Source of the DNA: Ramazzottius varieornatus
Taxonomy: Eukaryota > Animalia > Tardigrada
DNA length: 64,000 nucleotides
Direction of reading: 5' to 3'
Assembly: GCA_001949185.1 (NCBI GenBank)
Contig: BDGG01000001.1
Location: 1,236,263 to 1,300,262, forward strand
Under the pieces are notes generated by a model, which had not been told where the DNA came from, searched no databases, and worked only from the letters and a program-made list of their open reading frames with translations. Positions within the stretch are counted from its first letter, which is position 1. Every line of letters begins with the position of its first letter. A program made the translations under genes and the position numbers. Of this stretch, positions 12,808-25,724 are shown piece after piece.

Positions 12808-14327
12808 ATGGCTGTCCATTCAGCTGAGCCGATAGTGACAACCTTCAGTCTAGCCACCAACTCGTCATGCAACATGCACATTGCCCATGGGGGCGACGTT
12901 CTGGTGCGGGATAAATTCATCACTGATCTCAACAATGGCAAGTGGGACAATGAGTCGCTGGATCCGTACTGCTCCGAGTTTGTGAGTCTCGTCAAGGGTG
13001 CTTCACGGCCTGTCGCTGACTTGGGTGTGGGCAACGGATTTACGACCAAAAAGCTTCTGGAAGCAGGTGAGAAAAACATTTTTTATCGTTGCACGACATT
13101 GCAGTGTCGTTTGATTGCTGATTAGGTGTGCGAGTTATCGCGAACGATTTGAAGCCTGAGCGGTTGGACGAGATCAGTCGTTCCCTAAGTGCCGAAGAGC
13201 GCGGTCGACTGACGCTGGCACCTGGAGATGCCCTGCAGCTTGTCATACCCAGTGCCTCCTTGGGAGGAATCCTAGCCACACGGTGGATTAACGTCTTGCG
13301 GCCCTACGAGTGTCGGTTATTGATGAACGACTTTTATCGATGGCTGGCACCCGGTGGCATCCTTTGTATCACTGCTCATACCCCTTACTCCAACACTACA
13401 AAAGGTAATCGTTATAGGAGCTATCAACGCCTCCATAAAATGTTGAACCGCCGAGCAAACAGTTTTTCAAGAAAGAATTTCCTTGCGTTTTGGGTTTCTC
13501 GCACGAAAAAGCCTGCATATGTGAGGGTCGAACGGTGGTCAATAGGGCAGTGAGCTGTCCGTTGCGTCAGCATGGCACTCAGATGACTATGCAGTTTCCG
13601 GTTCACCCCAGCCAAGCAGCGCAGTGGTTAGTGGGCCCATAAATGACTACCCTGGACATATGGGTACTGTATGGTGGGAGCCCGGTGATAGTTTCCGTGC
13701 TGTGGAAAGACTGCGCCAGTCGTACGGAGCGGGTTGTTTCGAGGCCTGCAGAGTGAGAATGGGTGTTTCTAATGGGAAAAAATGTTCCTATAGACCCTCG
13801 ACATATCGAGGGTCTATAGGATATTTTTTTGGTATGGTTGAGTCTCGATGAGCTTGAGTGCAACGTACGAGAGAGTTGGGTCCATCTCTCGATGTATGGA
13901 TGATTGACTTGAGGTTTCGTTTGCGTTGCAGAAGCGGTGGACTTATACCTCCGCCGGAAGTACATTGGTGATGAATGGCCGGGTGTCGTGACGGAGGACA
14001 TGCTGCAAGAGTCTCGCAGAGGCAAATTGTGGTCTAATGACTGGATCTATGGCTATGATCCCGATATCCTGGCCAGGGAAGCCATCCTGGCTGGATTCCG
14101 TGTCAAGAAATGCTCCTTTTACGGTATGCTTGCAATATCTTTCGCGCTTCCATGTTTGAACTACTTGAAAGTGACCGCTATAAAGACGGCACCATGCTGA
14201 GCCGTAAGAAGTGAAGCAAACGATGAGAGCTAATTTTTTGTTCTTTTTCGCAGGCACACGTTACGTAAGTACGGATGAATTTGCCGATGATGCCTGCAAC
14301 CTGGTGGGTATCATTGCGAGGAAGTGA
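12808..14327 (+). CDS. Class I SAM-dependent methyltransferase, 4 exons
   Basis: Exons 12808-13066, 13126-13404, 13932-14123 and 14254-14327. Motif I VADLGVGNG, then VIANDL, GDAL and YRWLAPGGILCI. Confidence 0.85.
13786..13821. repeat. Perfect 16-bp inverted repeat with 4-nt loop in methyltransferase intron 2
   Basis: tcctatagaccctcga-cata-tcgagggtctatagga, extended by flanking A and T tracts. Confidence 0.9.
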
Positions 14328-14745
14328 AGAACCGCCGCGGCAAAGTGGTCGTTAATGATCCAAGTAAAGAAACCTTCGAACGAACAGATTGCGTTGAAAG
14401 AAAAAGAATGTCTCTGCATAAATATAGACATTATGAAAGCTTTCCGCTGCTGTTGTATTTACAATATCAGTGTCGATGGAAAGGCGGTCAGTTTATGTAT
14501 TCTGTGCGGCGGACCTACTTTTCTTGCAGCTTCGACTTTGGCGAATCTCCCCATCTGAAACTGATGAGTTTTCCTCTTCTGTTATTTTATTGTTTTATTA
14601 TTTACTACTTTTACACATTTGAAAACACACAAGTTTGGCTTTTGGTCCTTTTCAGTCCTGTGAAACATGTTAAGAGTGATTATTTTTCCAGTCTAAAAGC
14701 ATCAGTAAAGGAAGCCAAAACAGGTACTTGGCAACCAAATTTGAC

Positions 14746-14963
14746 AGATAGTTTTCCTAAGTGGCGTACGATCCCAGCCAGTCACACCGAGACAAAGCGC
14801 CACTTGGAAATCGATCTTGCTCAGTTTGCTCAAGCGGCGCAAGGTTGGGATGTCATCAGCTGGAACTGTGCGCCACTTAAGGAAACTCGGTAGCACACTA
14901 TTTCCAAGTGGCAAACGTTATAATTAATATTGACTGAAGCGAGCGCCACTTGAGAGAACGATC
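14746..14963. repeat. Three tandem inverted-repeat units (intergenic)
   Basis: Three aagtggcg/aagcggcg...gcgccactt pairs in tandem. Confidence 0.8.
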
Positions 14964-15171
14964 AGGTCCAGTTTGCTTACCGAGCTTTCAAATAATCGAC
15001 CACGGTTTCGTTGTGCTTGATGGTCACTCTTGCGAATCGTAAAGCTCGCGAACTCTTTTTCACCGAGCTGGTAGAATAATGGAATGCACAATTGTTGACA
15101 GTTATGTAAGGTGATATCATGGCCAAAGGAATGTTACGCGCCAAGTCGTCAACGTCGTCACTGGTACCCAA

Positions 15172-15375
15172 AACTGCATTTCACGGTCTACCTCCATTGT
15201 AAAAGCTTGTAGACACAGACTCAAGAACGCGCCATCGTTTGGCTTTTACGACTGTGGGCAGAAAACTCAAGTATCAACCCATAAAAACATATCACACACA
15301 AACCCGAGTGCCCAACGGCAAAAACCTTAGCGAGCTTTCTGCTGAAGCAGCATCAAGCGCCATCTATCACAGCGT
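15172..15375. repeat. Non-coding 3' flank duplicated at ~18891-19100
   Basis: Near-identical ~200 bp blocks (tgcatttcacg...cccgagtgcccaacggcaaaaaccttagcgagctttctgctg...) downstream of copies 1 and 2. Confidence 0.9.
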
Positions 15376-15412
15376 CAGGCCCAAAACCCAATATGCTGTG
15401 AAGTCTGTCATG

Positions 15413-18400
15413 TCATTCTGACAAAACATCGCTCGCTGACACTTTGGCCGAATCCAGAAGACGACCTGAAGAATTCGCCCAATGATCTTCGGAATTTTTC
15501 TTACTTTTGCCAGGTCCTTCGAGAGGCGTTTTTCTTCGGGATATCACTTCTTTTGGCTCTAAAACAGAATACAATATTACTATACCACGGAAGCTCAGTA
15601 CGTACGAAACTATTCTGCTCGTACGTAAACCCTGGGCGATTTTCGTCTTCCTGTAATACCGCCGGTCTCGTTCTCGCTTTCGAGCCAGCTCTTTCTGGTA
15701 GGCAGCCAGCTCTTCGGACGTTAATGGTACTAGAAAAGAAAGGAAATCACCAAGTTGACCACCCAATAACACCAATAAGAAAACTGAGGCGTTTTGGCGG
15801 CTTACGTTCTTGTCGTAGTTTAAGGCGGTAAGAAGGTATGGATGTGCCGTTCTTATTTCTTTCCTCGACAGCGATACAACGAGCTGCTTCTACATCAGCC
15901 TCTGCAAGACAATTTGAATTAGCAGCTCGGAAAACAAACAGGGCAAGATCGTTATTCCCAGTGGCGCTGCTCCCAGCCAGCATTACTGTAAAACTGCGCC
16001 AGTTGCGAAAACTCGGTAAGACCTTTTTCCCACGTGGCGTATAGCTTCTCTAATATCTTCTCGAAGGATGCGCGACTTGGAAAAACAATCTGGTCGAGTT
16101 CGTTTGTCGAACTCACAGTTTTGAAGTTTTCAAACAACTTGTCCCATTCTTTGCTGTTTTCAGGCAATAATATTATTAAGAATTTTAATGCGCTGCTTGG
16201 AAATAGAACATCTGGTCAGAACCGCTTACCGTCAACGACATTGGTGGTTTCTCGGCGGGCTAGCTGCCAAGCGAACATCGGACCTTTTCCTGGTCCCCTC
16301 TTGCTCACTTTCTCGGGATCTGCAAAGGGTTTCCTGAACAGACAACTCCCAGCATCCAAACTCGACCATATTGAATTTCATTCACAGATCGCGTACCTCT
16401 TCCTGCTGCGATCAGTGTTTTCCTCCTCATGAGGGCATTCTTCTCACGGTTTCGTTTCAAGTATGCTTCGTACTGGGCCAGCTCTTCGGCCGTCAAAGGC
16501 ACTACGACAATTGGTCAGTTTACGAAATTAGACGCTTTATGGGATGAGACTTAAATGCATTGGACATACGGCCTTGTATGTACTTTTCGCGGACCAACTT
16601 CAGCAGCTTGTTGTTATTGGGAGCATTTCTCGCATAATAAGTCGCATTAGCCTCCCGCTTTCGTGCATCATAGGCCTCCCTCTCCTCCTCTACAAAATGA
16701 TCTCGTCTTGCTATCCGTGTGTCTAGCCGTCACTGGAGTACTCTACAAGATATTTTGTGCATGCGGCAAGAAAAGATGGGGTACGTACCTGTCATTTGTG
16801 CTAGTTTGTTCTTACGCCTCACTCGTTTTTCAAAGCTATGCTTCAGTCTATTCGCTTCTTCCACCTTCCTCTGCTCCAAGGTCCTTTCTAGGAAGCAGAA
16901 AAACCCAACATAACAGCAAAAAAGGGTACGAGAGGCCGGCAAACGGATAATTCGAGATCGTTTTTCCAACTGGCGCAAGCTGTCCTTAGTTCGGGCCTCA
17001 AGCTGCGCCACTTGGAAAACGATAACGTCGAGTTTCCCGAACGGCGCGCGTTCTCGTTGTCATCGGTTGAAAGCTGCGCCACTTGATTATAATGATCTTG
17101 CAATTCCGTTTGCCGGCCTTCCACATGAGAGGCGACCAGTTAATCCACATTCTTTTGCCTACCGTCACTTTCGAAGTGTTTCTTCTCCTCGTCCGTCATA
17201 TCTGAGAAAATCAAAGACCCACAGTCATCTACGATATTTCAGATACGTTGATCCAAACCAAAGCAAGAATTAGCTTACTCCCAGCCTTATATCGTGCATC
17301 TAGCCAATACCAGTCCTTCGTCTGTTTCCTTCTACGTCCCAACGGTTTCGCACATTCGTCAGTTTGCGGCTGGCGTTCTTCATTAACACTTTCTTCCACG
17401 ACCGTGATTTCAGAGGAACCGTCATCACGACAGCATTCTATGCCGCCATTTCCAATGGAACCAAATAACGAAGATTCTACATTGACCGGCAGCGCTTCCA
17501 TCTTCGTTCTTCGAGTGCGGAACACTCGCTTCCGTTTTGACGCGACTTTCTGAGCCATCTCAAGGACAATATTGTCAATATTGTTAACCTGCGGCAGCTC
17601 GGATCCTGGCCTTTTACAGCTTGCTAGCAGAGACAGCACCAATGCAGAAAGCTGATGGCTCTGAATGGCGCCACTGTTGGGAAGTTTGTTGTAGACCCGC
17701 AGTTCTTCTGAGGGAAAAATGTCTCGGACAGCGACCAGGTAGACGGAACCACGCTGCTGGTATGCGATCACATTGGCTTCCTTCCTACTGGAACACGGGC
17801 GAATGAACTTGATCCAGTTACAAAGGAAGTTGTCCCTCATATCGTACGCCTGCAAATAATGAAAAAAAATTCACAACGCGTCGGTAGTAGGCAAACTGAG
17901 CACTAAAAATGCGCATGTTCATTAGCGCAGCACTGATGGCGGGCCACCCAGCGTATGCTCACCGCCCGACAAATGGATCGTCTAACCAACAAAACTGCCC
18001 CCTTGGCTATCATCGAGTTCGCCTTTACCTGTAGTTCCTGCGCCTCTTCCGACCAGATGGTGTATCGCGGAGGGCCTTCTTTCAGTTCATACAGAGGAAC
18101 CAAAGGCGCGATGAGCGGCCCGAACAGCGTCAACGCTTCAATCTTCCGCTTTGCAATAACCATCTCTTCTGTCAAGCATTAATTTTCAACCCACTTATTC
18201 CATACATCAGACTGCAAAAGCTACCTTTTCTTGGTAGCTGTCCATCGAGTAGGCAAATAGCGTCTGGTAGTGAGGAGTAGGCCAGCGGATTGGGTGGCTT
18301 GTCAAAGATGATCCGCTTCACATCGGCATGCTCGTAACACGGTCCATCTAAATCCTCCAAGCACTTCTCACAACCTGCAGAAGACCGCTAATTTCGTTTC

Positions 18401-18554
18401 GTTTCGAAAATTTACCATGACGGTCACACTTACGTGTAGAGATGTCCAGAGAATCAGCCTCGGCCCCGATGGCGCTGACGGAGGCAACATTAGAGCTGGA
18501 CGGATCTGCCAACAACAAATCCCGCTCGCTCTGTAAAGGATTCTCCATGGCCAA
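15413..18554 (-). CDS. PRDM-like PR/SET protein copy 1 (apparently intact); zinc knuckle + PR domain + basic helical repeats, no C2H2 fingers
   Basis: CEKC-x7-CYEH knuckle, IIFDKPPNPLAYSSLP, TLFGPLIAPLV and CNWIKFIRP..ANVIAYQQRGSVY..RDIFPSEELRVY. About 11 exons join in frame, and the C-terminal junctions are all phase 1. Confidence 0.8.
15946..16092. repeat. Intronic inverted-repeat units (2), PRDM-like copy 1
   Basis: ccagtggcgct..tgcgccagttg and cacgtggcgta..tgcgcgacttg. Confidence 0.75.
16955..17099. repeat. Intronic inverted-repeat units (2), PRDM-like copy 1
   Basis: agatcgtttttccaactggcgca-N26-tgcgccacttggaaaacgat plus a second unit. Confidence 0.8.
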
Positions 18555-19128
18555 ACGGTGTTATCCAATGCGTCGAGGAGAGCCAGCGCTCTTCCACGGA
18601 TCTGTGGCAGAATCAACGGTAGTATTGTCGAAATATCGAACGAAAAACCCAGAGTTCAGCTTAGACTTCTACGGGAAGTGGAATGATTCGTACACTGCTG
18701 AAATAAGTAAAACCAGTAAAAAGAAGCACGCATGACATACCATGGTAAACACAAACATTACGTAAGGGAACATACAGTAACATAATTCTCAAGACGCGTC
18801 CGCGATGACGTTACTGTAATTATCATCGGATCAGTCATCTCCATTCATCGACCGATCCGTCTTCCGGTTTTCCCTATTTCAGCTTCCGTTTGCATTTCAC
18901 GATCAACCTCCCTTGTAAAAGCTTGTAGAGTGTAGACACGGACCTCAAGAATGCGCCATCGGTTGGGCCTTTACGACTGTGGGCAGAAAACTTAAGTATC
19001 AACCCACAAAACATATCAAACACAAACCCGAGTGCCCAACGGCAAAAACCTTAGCGAGCTTTCTGCTGGAGCAGCATCAAGCGCCATTTATCACAATGTC
19101 AGACACAAGAGCCAAAACCGAAGTCAAT

Positions 19129-21616
19129 CATATCATTTTGACAGATAACTCGCCTTGTTCAGAACTGGACTCTTCGGCCGAGTTCCTCGAACCATCTTCG
19201 GATGTCCTCTTGCGTCTGCCAGGCCCTTCGAGCGGTGTTTTCCTTCGCCATATCATCTCTTTTGAGTCTAGAAAGCGCAAAACAAGGTTGTCACACAAAC
19301 GAAGCTATGTACTTGCGCTCAAATGTGGCTCTGCTCGTACTTGAACCCTGAGCGATCTTCTACTTCCTGTAATATCGCTGATTTTCTTCTCGATTTCGAG
19401 CGAGCATTCTTTGGTAAGCAGCCTCCTCTGCAGACGACAACGGAACTGCAAAAGAAAGAGCATCATCGGAGGTTAAACCCAATGTGAAAACCCAATGTGA
19501 CAATGTCAGCCTTAAAATGAAGCGAAGTGCTTTGGCGGCTTACGTCCTTGTCGTAGTTTAAGGCGGTAAGAAGGTAGCCATCTTCCGTCCTTATTTCTTC
19601 TGTCGACAGGCACACAACGAGCTGCTTCCGCATCAGCCTCTGTAAGAAAGACCTTCTACCATCAGCAATATACAGCACGAAAGAACGGGTCGCCTACTTG
19701 TCATCTGTTCGACTTTGTTCCTCATCGTTATGTTGACTTTCAGTCTTCGAGCCTCTGCCTTCCTTCTCTGTTCAATCGTCCTTTCTAGAAAATGCAACAC
19801 CCCCACGATGATAACGGAGATGATGGTTACGGTCAAAATAGGTATTTACCAAACTGGAAATGGCTGAATTAGAACGAGAGGCCGACAGACGACAGCGGAA
19901 TGGAGGGTGTATCAGGTGGCGCACGATTCCTGCCAACAACAAGGGAAACTGCGCCACTTGGGATAGCGATCATCCCGAGACTGTCTGCTGGTCTGAACAA
20001 TATCGCTCATGGGAGTAACTTCACCAACCGTCGTTCTTAAAGCGATGCTTTTCCTCTTCATCATAACCAAGAATGAGCTCACCACCAGACTTGTATCGTG
20101 CGTTCAGTAGCCTCCATTCCACCATCTGGCCCTTCTTTCTCCTGCGAGCTTTGGGCTTGCCAGCTTCCGAATGACGTTCTCCAGCCACACATCCCTCTGA
20201 ACAAGTGGCTACGGACACTGAGCCACCAGAGACTGAGGCCTGCTCTTCCGGGGCCTCGACCTTCTTTGTTCTCCGAGAACGGATAATCCTTAGCCGTTTT
20301 CGGGGGACTTTCTCGACAACTTCAGAATCAACACTCGCAGCCTGATGTTTCTGACTTCTGCGAATTGAAAGAGCCATCAGCGCTGCTGTTCTCAGCTTTA
20401 CTGGAAATCATGGTTTCCGCTTCAAAGTGCGCCTGGATGTCCTTCGTTGTTTCCCCTTTCTTTGCTTCTCAGAACTGTTTTTGATAAGGCGCATTCCTCC
20501 GTTTTCGAGGCGGAAGTTCAGTGTCCATCTTGTCAACATGTACTTGTTGGCGGCTCTGAGTTTTTTGCTTGTTGTAGCTGGACAATAGAGACTGCACTAA
20601 AGCTGACAGCTGGTCGCTGGGGATGGAACAACTCCTGGGCAGTCTGACATATACCAGCAGTTCTTCTGAGGGAACAATGTCTCGGACAGCGACCAGGTTG
20701 ATGAAACCACGCTGCTGATACGCACCCACATTGCTTCTTTGATATTCGAAGAGGGTCGAACGAGCTTGATCCAATTACACAGAAAGTCATCACTCAGATC
20801 ATATGCCTGAAAGCAATCCACCAAACCTCAAACTAGTCGTGAGTCGGCAGGCCGCAGTCGATGAGGCGAAGGGGTAAACCAACATAAAACCGAAAAAGTT
20901 TAATCGAAAAACTTAGCAGGCCATGCGGTTGTTACCTTACGCACAGACTAAGTCTTAACATGGAGAGTCTTACGAGCAACAAACCCATTGGGCCGCCACG
21001 GTACTTTCGCAAATTCGCCCCATGGAACTCGCTACAGTTAAATTCCTTTCGAGACTGACCACTCATTGCTATGCCTAACATACTGTATATTACCTGTAGT
21101 TCCTGCGCTTCTTCCGACCACATTGTGTACCGCGGAGGTCCTTCTTCTAGTTCATCCAGAGGGACCAAAGGCGCGATTAGCGGCCCGAACAGCGTCGACG
21201 CTTCAATCTTCCGCTTCGCAAGAACCATCGCTGGTGTAGAGAACCATCTTTCAACACAGCTGCTCATTCACTAGACCAAACTCGAAACAGTACCTTTTCC
21301 TAGCGGTTGCACGTTGAGTAAGCAGAGATCGTCTGGCAGAGATGAATAAGCGAGAGGAATGGGTGCCTTATCAAAGATGATACGTCTAGCATCGGCATGC
21401 TCGTAACACGGTCCATCCAAGTCTTCCTGGCACTTCTCGCAGTCTTTGAACATTAGCACTTTCATACCGCTGTTGAACCACAATACGGCTGTCGTACTCA
21501 CATGTAGCGATGACCAAAGCATCAGCCTCAATCCTAACGACGCTGAAAGTGGCATCATTCGCACCGGACGGATCTGCCAACAACAAACCCCGCTCGCTCT
21601 GCGCCCCATCCTCCAT
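19129..21616 (-). pseudogene. PRDM-like copy 2, disrupted
   Basis: Same exon series as copy 1. One-base deletion in the PR domain (~20733, gaagcaatgtg), in-frame TGA at 20469-20471 and a further frame change near 20380. Confidence 0.75.
19910..19982. repeat. Intronic inverted-repeat unit, PRDM-like copy 2
   Basis: caggtggcgca-N26-tgcgccacttgggatagcgatc. Confidence 0.8.
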
Positions 21617-22374
21617 TGCTCAGCGATGCCTTCCAACGCAACGAGGGAAGACTGTACCACAGGGATCTGTGGTAGAGAGGCTCGCGGGGTGTCGAAGGGC
21701 TAGCCATCGGCTAGCAATCGGACATCTTCCTTCCGGAGCTGGAAGTGCATTGCTCATCAGTGCAAGAGTAAAAGCATTACCTACTAACCTGACATACACC
21801 ATGAAATTGCGTGACATACTGTTATACAAACCAGAGCCGGAAGTAAGGAAGTTAACAGTGCGTAGGTGTGATCGTACTAACTTGTCGAGATCCTGCGTTT
21901 CCTCAGTGCAGACACAGTACCGAAGACCTTACTTAAGTTCTTTAACCCCAGAAGAATATGCCAACAGCGAGAAAGCCCACCTGGAGGAGAACAGGCATGT
22001 CCCTCAATTGTGGACACTTCAAAACCAACTTTGAGCTGAACACGGCTTCTGGACCGATACTGTATGTCCCTTCCGGGTTCCGACGACATCGCGGTTGAGA
22101 TTGTCAACAACTTTGGGCTCTCATCGAAGTAAGTCTTCACAGTAGTGACAACATAATTATCCTGTTAGTTTTGCACACGGAGCTGTCTAACAGGGAAGAC
22201 CTTCCAAAGGTTTGTGCGTAAGTAGCAATATTAAAACGACAGGGGCGAGCGTGGAACACAGTATGTCATCACTACAAAAGCCGTCTACTTCACATTTTTC
22301 TACCTTTTCTTCTTCTTCGAACCGCTCTAGCGCAGAATCGGTGTCTCCGGAGGAGATCCTCCCATGGTATCTCC

Positions 22375-25272
22375 TCATTCTGTCATCTGCCAAGCGAAGT
22401 CCGGTTTGCGGTACGGCACACCACCGGGCTTGTGACATTTCATCGGCTCCGGATCTACAAAGAGTAACGCAAATCACCAATCGTGAACATGATTTCCCAA
22501 AGACTTTTCAAGTCTCGAAGAATACCTAAACCCTTGGCAATGCGCTTCAGCCTGCTCCTCCTGCGACTGCTCTCTCGCCCAAAGACCAAATGTTTCTCGT
22601 ACCGAAGCTGCTCCTCTGGCGTCAGCGGCACTGCATAACCGAGAGACGGATAGAATACTGAAAGTCTTCAAGTGTTGGTTGTTGACTGTTGATACTTACA
22701 TCCCAGCCGCAATTTACGGCGGAACGGCGGCGCGTAGCCAAGCGGTCCGGTTGATTTTTGTGGCGATGGCTCTTCTGGCTGTGGCTCTGCAACGACCCCA
22801 AAATTATTATCATGACCAGAGAAAGATACCTGGAAGGTCGGTAAACATACAAGATCGTCATTTCAAGTGGCGAACGTTTTCATCGTTTTTGGCTGGAAGC
22901 GTGTGCCTCTTGATACACTCGACAAGACAGTTTTCCCTAGTAGTGCACGTTTCGGTGTTATTAGCTGAAGGGGCGCGCCACGTGAGATAAAAAGCTTGTA
23001 CTGTAAGGTTTTTTTTGCCGGCCTCCCCAGTTAATCTTCTATTCTTCGCCGTAATCCTTCTTGAAAATATTGAAACGAAAAATAACTCAAGGCAGTCACC
23101 AGTGTGTTAATTACTGTGTGTAAACGACTTCAGTCAATTCAATTAAGCGTACTGCTTTATATTTGATTTGACAAATTTTTATGAAAACGATAATAACGTT
23201 TGCTTAATAAGAGTTAATAAACCTCCAGACGGACCTTCGACTATTCCGGCGGCTCGCCGAGCAGCAATCTGCCAGTCGAACAACGGGAATTTCTTCCTGC
23301 CGTAATTCTTATTCGGTTCAGCAGCTATATCAAACAAAAGACATATCAGAATGGATAAGTACACAAAGCAAAACGAAACATGCGGGGAAGCGGACTTACG
23401 TTTCCCTTTCGCAATTCTATCTTTGGTTCTGCGTTCGGCTGCCTTCTCACGAGAGAAAGCTAGTTTCTTTTCCCGTTTGAGCTGTTCTTCCGGCGTCAAA
23501 GAAACTACAAAAGCAAGTCATAAATCACTGTGCAATAACTCAGTGTGCTCTCGCAAAACTCTGACTGACTCACGTCCTTCTAACAGTTTTTCGCGGATCA
23601 CATTTGGACGCTTGCTGTTCCTCTGGTTTTCGATCCGCTTTTTGGCCCGCCATACCTCCCTCTCTTCCTCTGAAAGAGAAAGCTCCATCAATTATTTAAG
23701 CCGCATTCCCGTTTAACTGGAAATTTATCCGCACGTACCAGTCATCTGTGCCAACTTTTCTTTTCTTCGCAACCAGTACTTTGACCTGTCAGCCTTCCCT
23801 TCGACTTGTCGCAGCACCTTCTTCTCGTTCCGTCTACGCTTTATCGGTTTCGAAGTCTCTCCCTCCGGAAAGCTTCCATCTATTACATTCACATTTTCTT
23901 CCAAAGCTGTCCCTTCTCCGGGACGGTCACTCGAAGAGGACAGAGTGCTGCTACTTTCCCCTACCCAGGAAACCGACTCGAGCAACCCCTGATCCTTCGA
24001 GGATTCGACCTCCTTCGATCGTTGGGAATGGAAAAGTCGTTTTCGTTTTGGGGGAACTTTTTCAACCATTTCCGCGGGACACTCTTCTGACTCCTGACCG
24101 TAACCCATGCCCTTCTCAGCTTTCGAAACTTTCGCCTCAAAGATTTCCTGAATGTCATTCTCGCCCTCTACTTTGTCAGCTTCGTTTAGGTGCTTTCGTT
24201 TCCGAGCTGTCCGCCGCTGTCGAGGCGGAAGTTCCATCTCCACCTCATCGACCTCTGCTTGTTCGTCGTTCTGGACTTCTCGTCTATTGTAACTGGACAG
24301 CAGAGACTGTACTAGAGCCGACAGCTGGTCGCTAGGAATAGCTCCACTCTTGGGAAGCTTGATGTAGACGCGCAGTTCTGTGGACGGAAGAATGTCCCGA
24401 ACAGCGACCAAGTAGACGGAGCCGCGTTGCTGATACGCGATCACGTTGGCTTTCGTCTTGCTGATGGCAGGTCGGACAAACTTGATCCAGTTGCACAGGA
24501 AGTCGTCGCTCAGATCGTAGGCCTGCAAATAATTATGGAAATAGGAACGAGTCGGGAAGTCGGTGTACAATGAGCCAGGACACACGACAGCGACATGATG
24601 GTAGGCCATGGGTGCACGTTTATCTCATACCCACACAGACAGTCTAACGAGCAAACGTTCCCATTGGCCTGCCACAGCATCCCTGCGATAGATTAGCCAT
24701 GAAGATGTGGGACATCGTAGGAGAAGTCAACTCGAAGGCTGGCCACCGGATTCTTTACCTGCAATACACGTGTCTCTTCTGACCACATGGTGTATCGTGG
24801 AGGGCCTTCTTTCAACCCGTCCAGAGGGACCAACGGTGCAATCAGCGGACCAAACAGCGTCCACACTTGAATCTCCTGCTTCGCAAAAACCATCTCCTCT
24901 GCAAAACGGACACTCTATACGCAAACATTACGGAGTTAAAAAGAAACTTCGTCACCGTTCTTCGAAGGATGTACACCGATGATTCGCAGCGCTTCGGGCA
25001 GGGAGGAATACGCCAGCGGAACGGGTGGCTTGTCAAAGATGATCCGCTTGACATCGGCATGCTCGTAACACGGGCCATCCAAATCCTCCAAGCACTCCTC
25101 ACAGCCTACAACACCCAGACTTCTGTCGCAAGCAATTTCTCAAGGTACTGCGGAAGCACTTACACGTGGAGATAACCGAGATATCCGGTGGAGCGACAGC
25201 ATTCAAGGGAGTGATGGACGAGATAGCAAAACTCGTCCCTGGTTCATCCGGACCTTCTGTCGTCCTCCCCAT
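22375..25272 (-). CDS. PRDM-like PR/SET protein copy 3 (apparently intact)
   Basis: CEEC-x7-CYEH, TLFGPLIAPLV and CNWIKFVRP. Mini-exons SLTPEEQLKREKKLAFSREK.. and PLTPEEQLRYEKHL.., ending PYRKPDFAWQMTE*. Start codon tentative. Confidence 0.78.
22852..22990. repeat. Intronic inverted-repeat units (2), PRDM-like copy 3
   Basis: agatcgtcatttcaagtggcgaa..tgtgcctcttg and tagtagtgca..cgcgccacgtg. Confidence 0.7.
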
Positions 25273-25724
25273 GTTGAACAAACAACGCGGAGACACTCAG
25301 GCTGGTATCGGGAGTCTCTTCTGTAGCAGTTCGAAGGCCAAAACGTTTCAGGAGAAAATGAAGGAACGATCCGAAGCAGTAGAGTAAAAGACGAGCAGCT
25401 CCTTGTCGAAAATCGAAATAATGGGAAGCACAGCATAATGCATGACATAACATGATAATGTAATGACACACATAAATTCATAGTTCTTCAATCGACCGGA
25501 AATACGTCATCGCGGTTCAGTTGTTGGCGGTTATAAGTCTGCGTCGAGAAATCGATTCATTCGGGATTGAATCATCTTCTGCTTCTTCGGATTTTACTTT
25601 ATTACAGAGTATTCAACGGTTTGCGGGTATACAACCTAGTACAATCGACAGAGCGCTTGAAATATGCCATCTCACAAAAGTCACACATTTGACACTAGAG
25701 CACTGGGCCGCAGGTCCAAAAGTA

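Noticed and set aside
14746-14963. Tandem palindromic units with variable spacers resembling a CRISPR array
   Set aside because: Units are degenerate inverted repeats dispersed in eukaryotic introns, the spacers are related to each other, and no cas genes are present.
21900-22034. + strand LTPEEY motif resembling the PRDM-like repeat
   Set aside because: Lacks the basic helix and convincing splice sites; may be chance.
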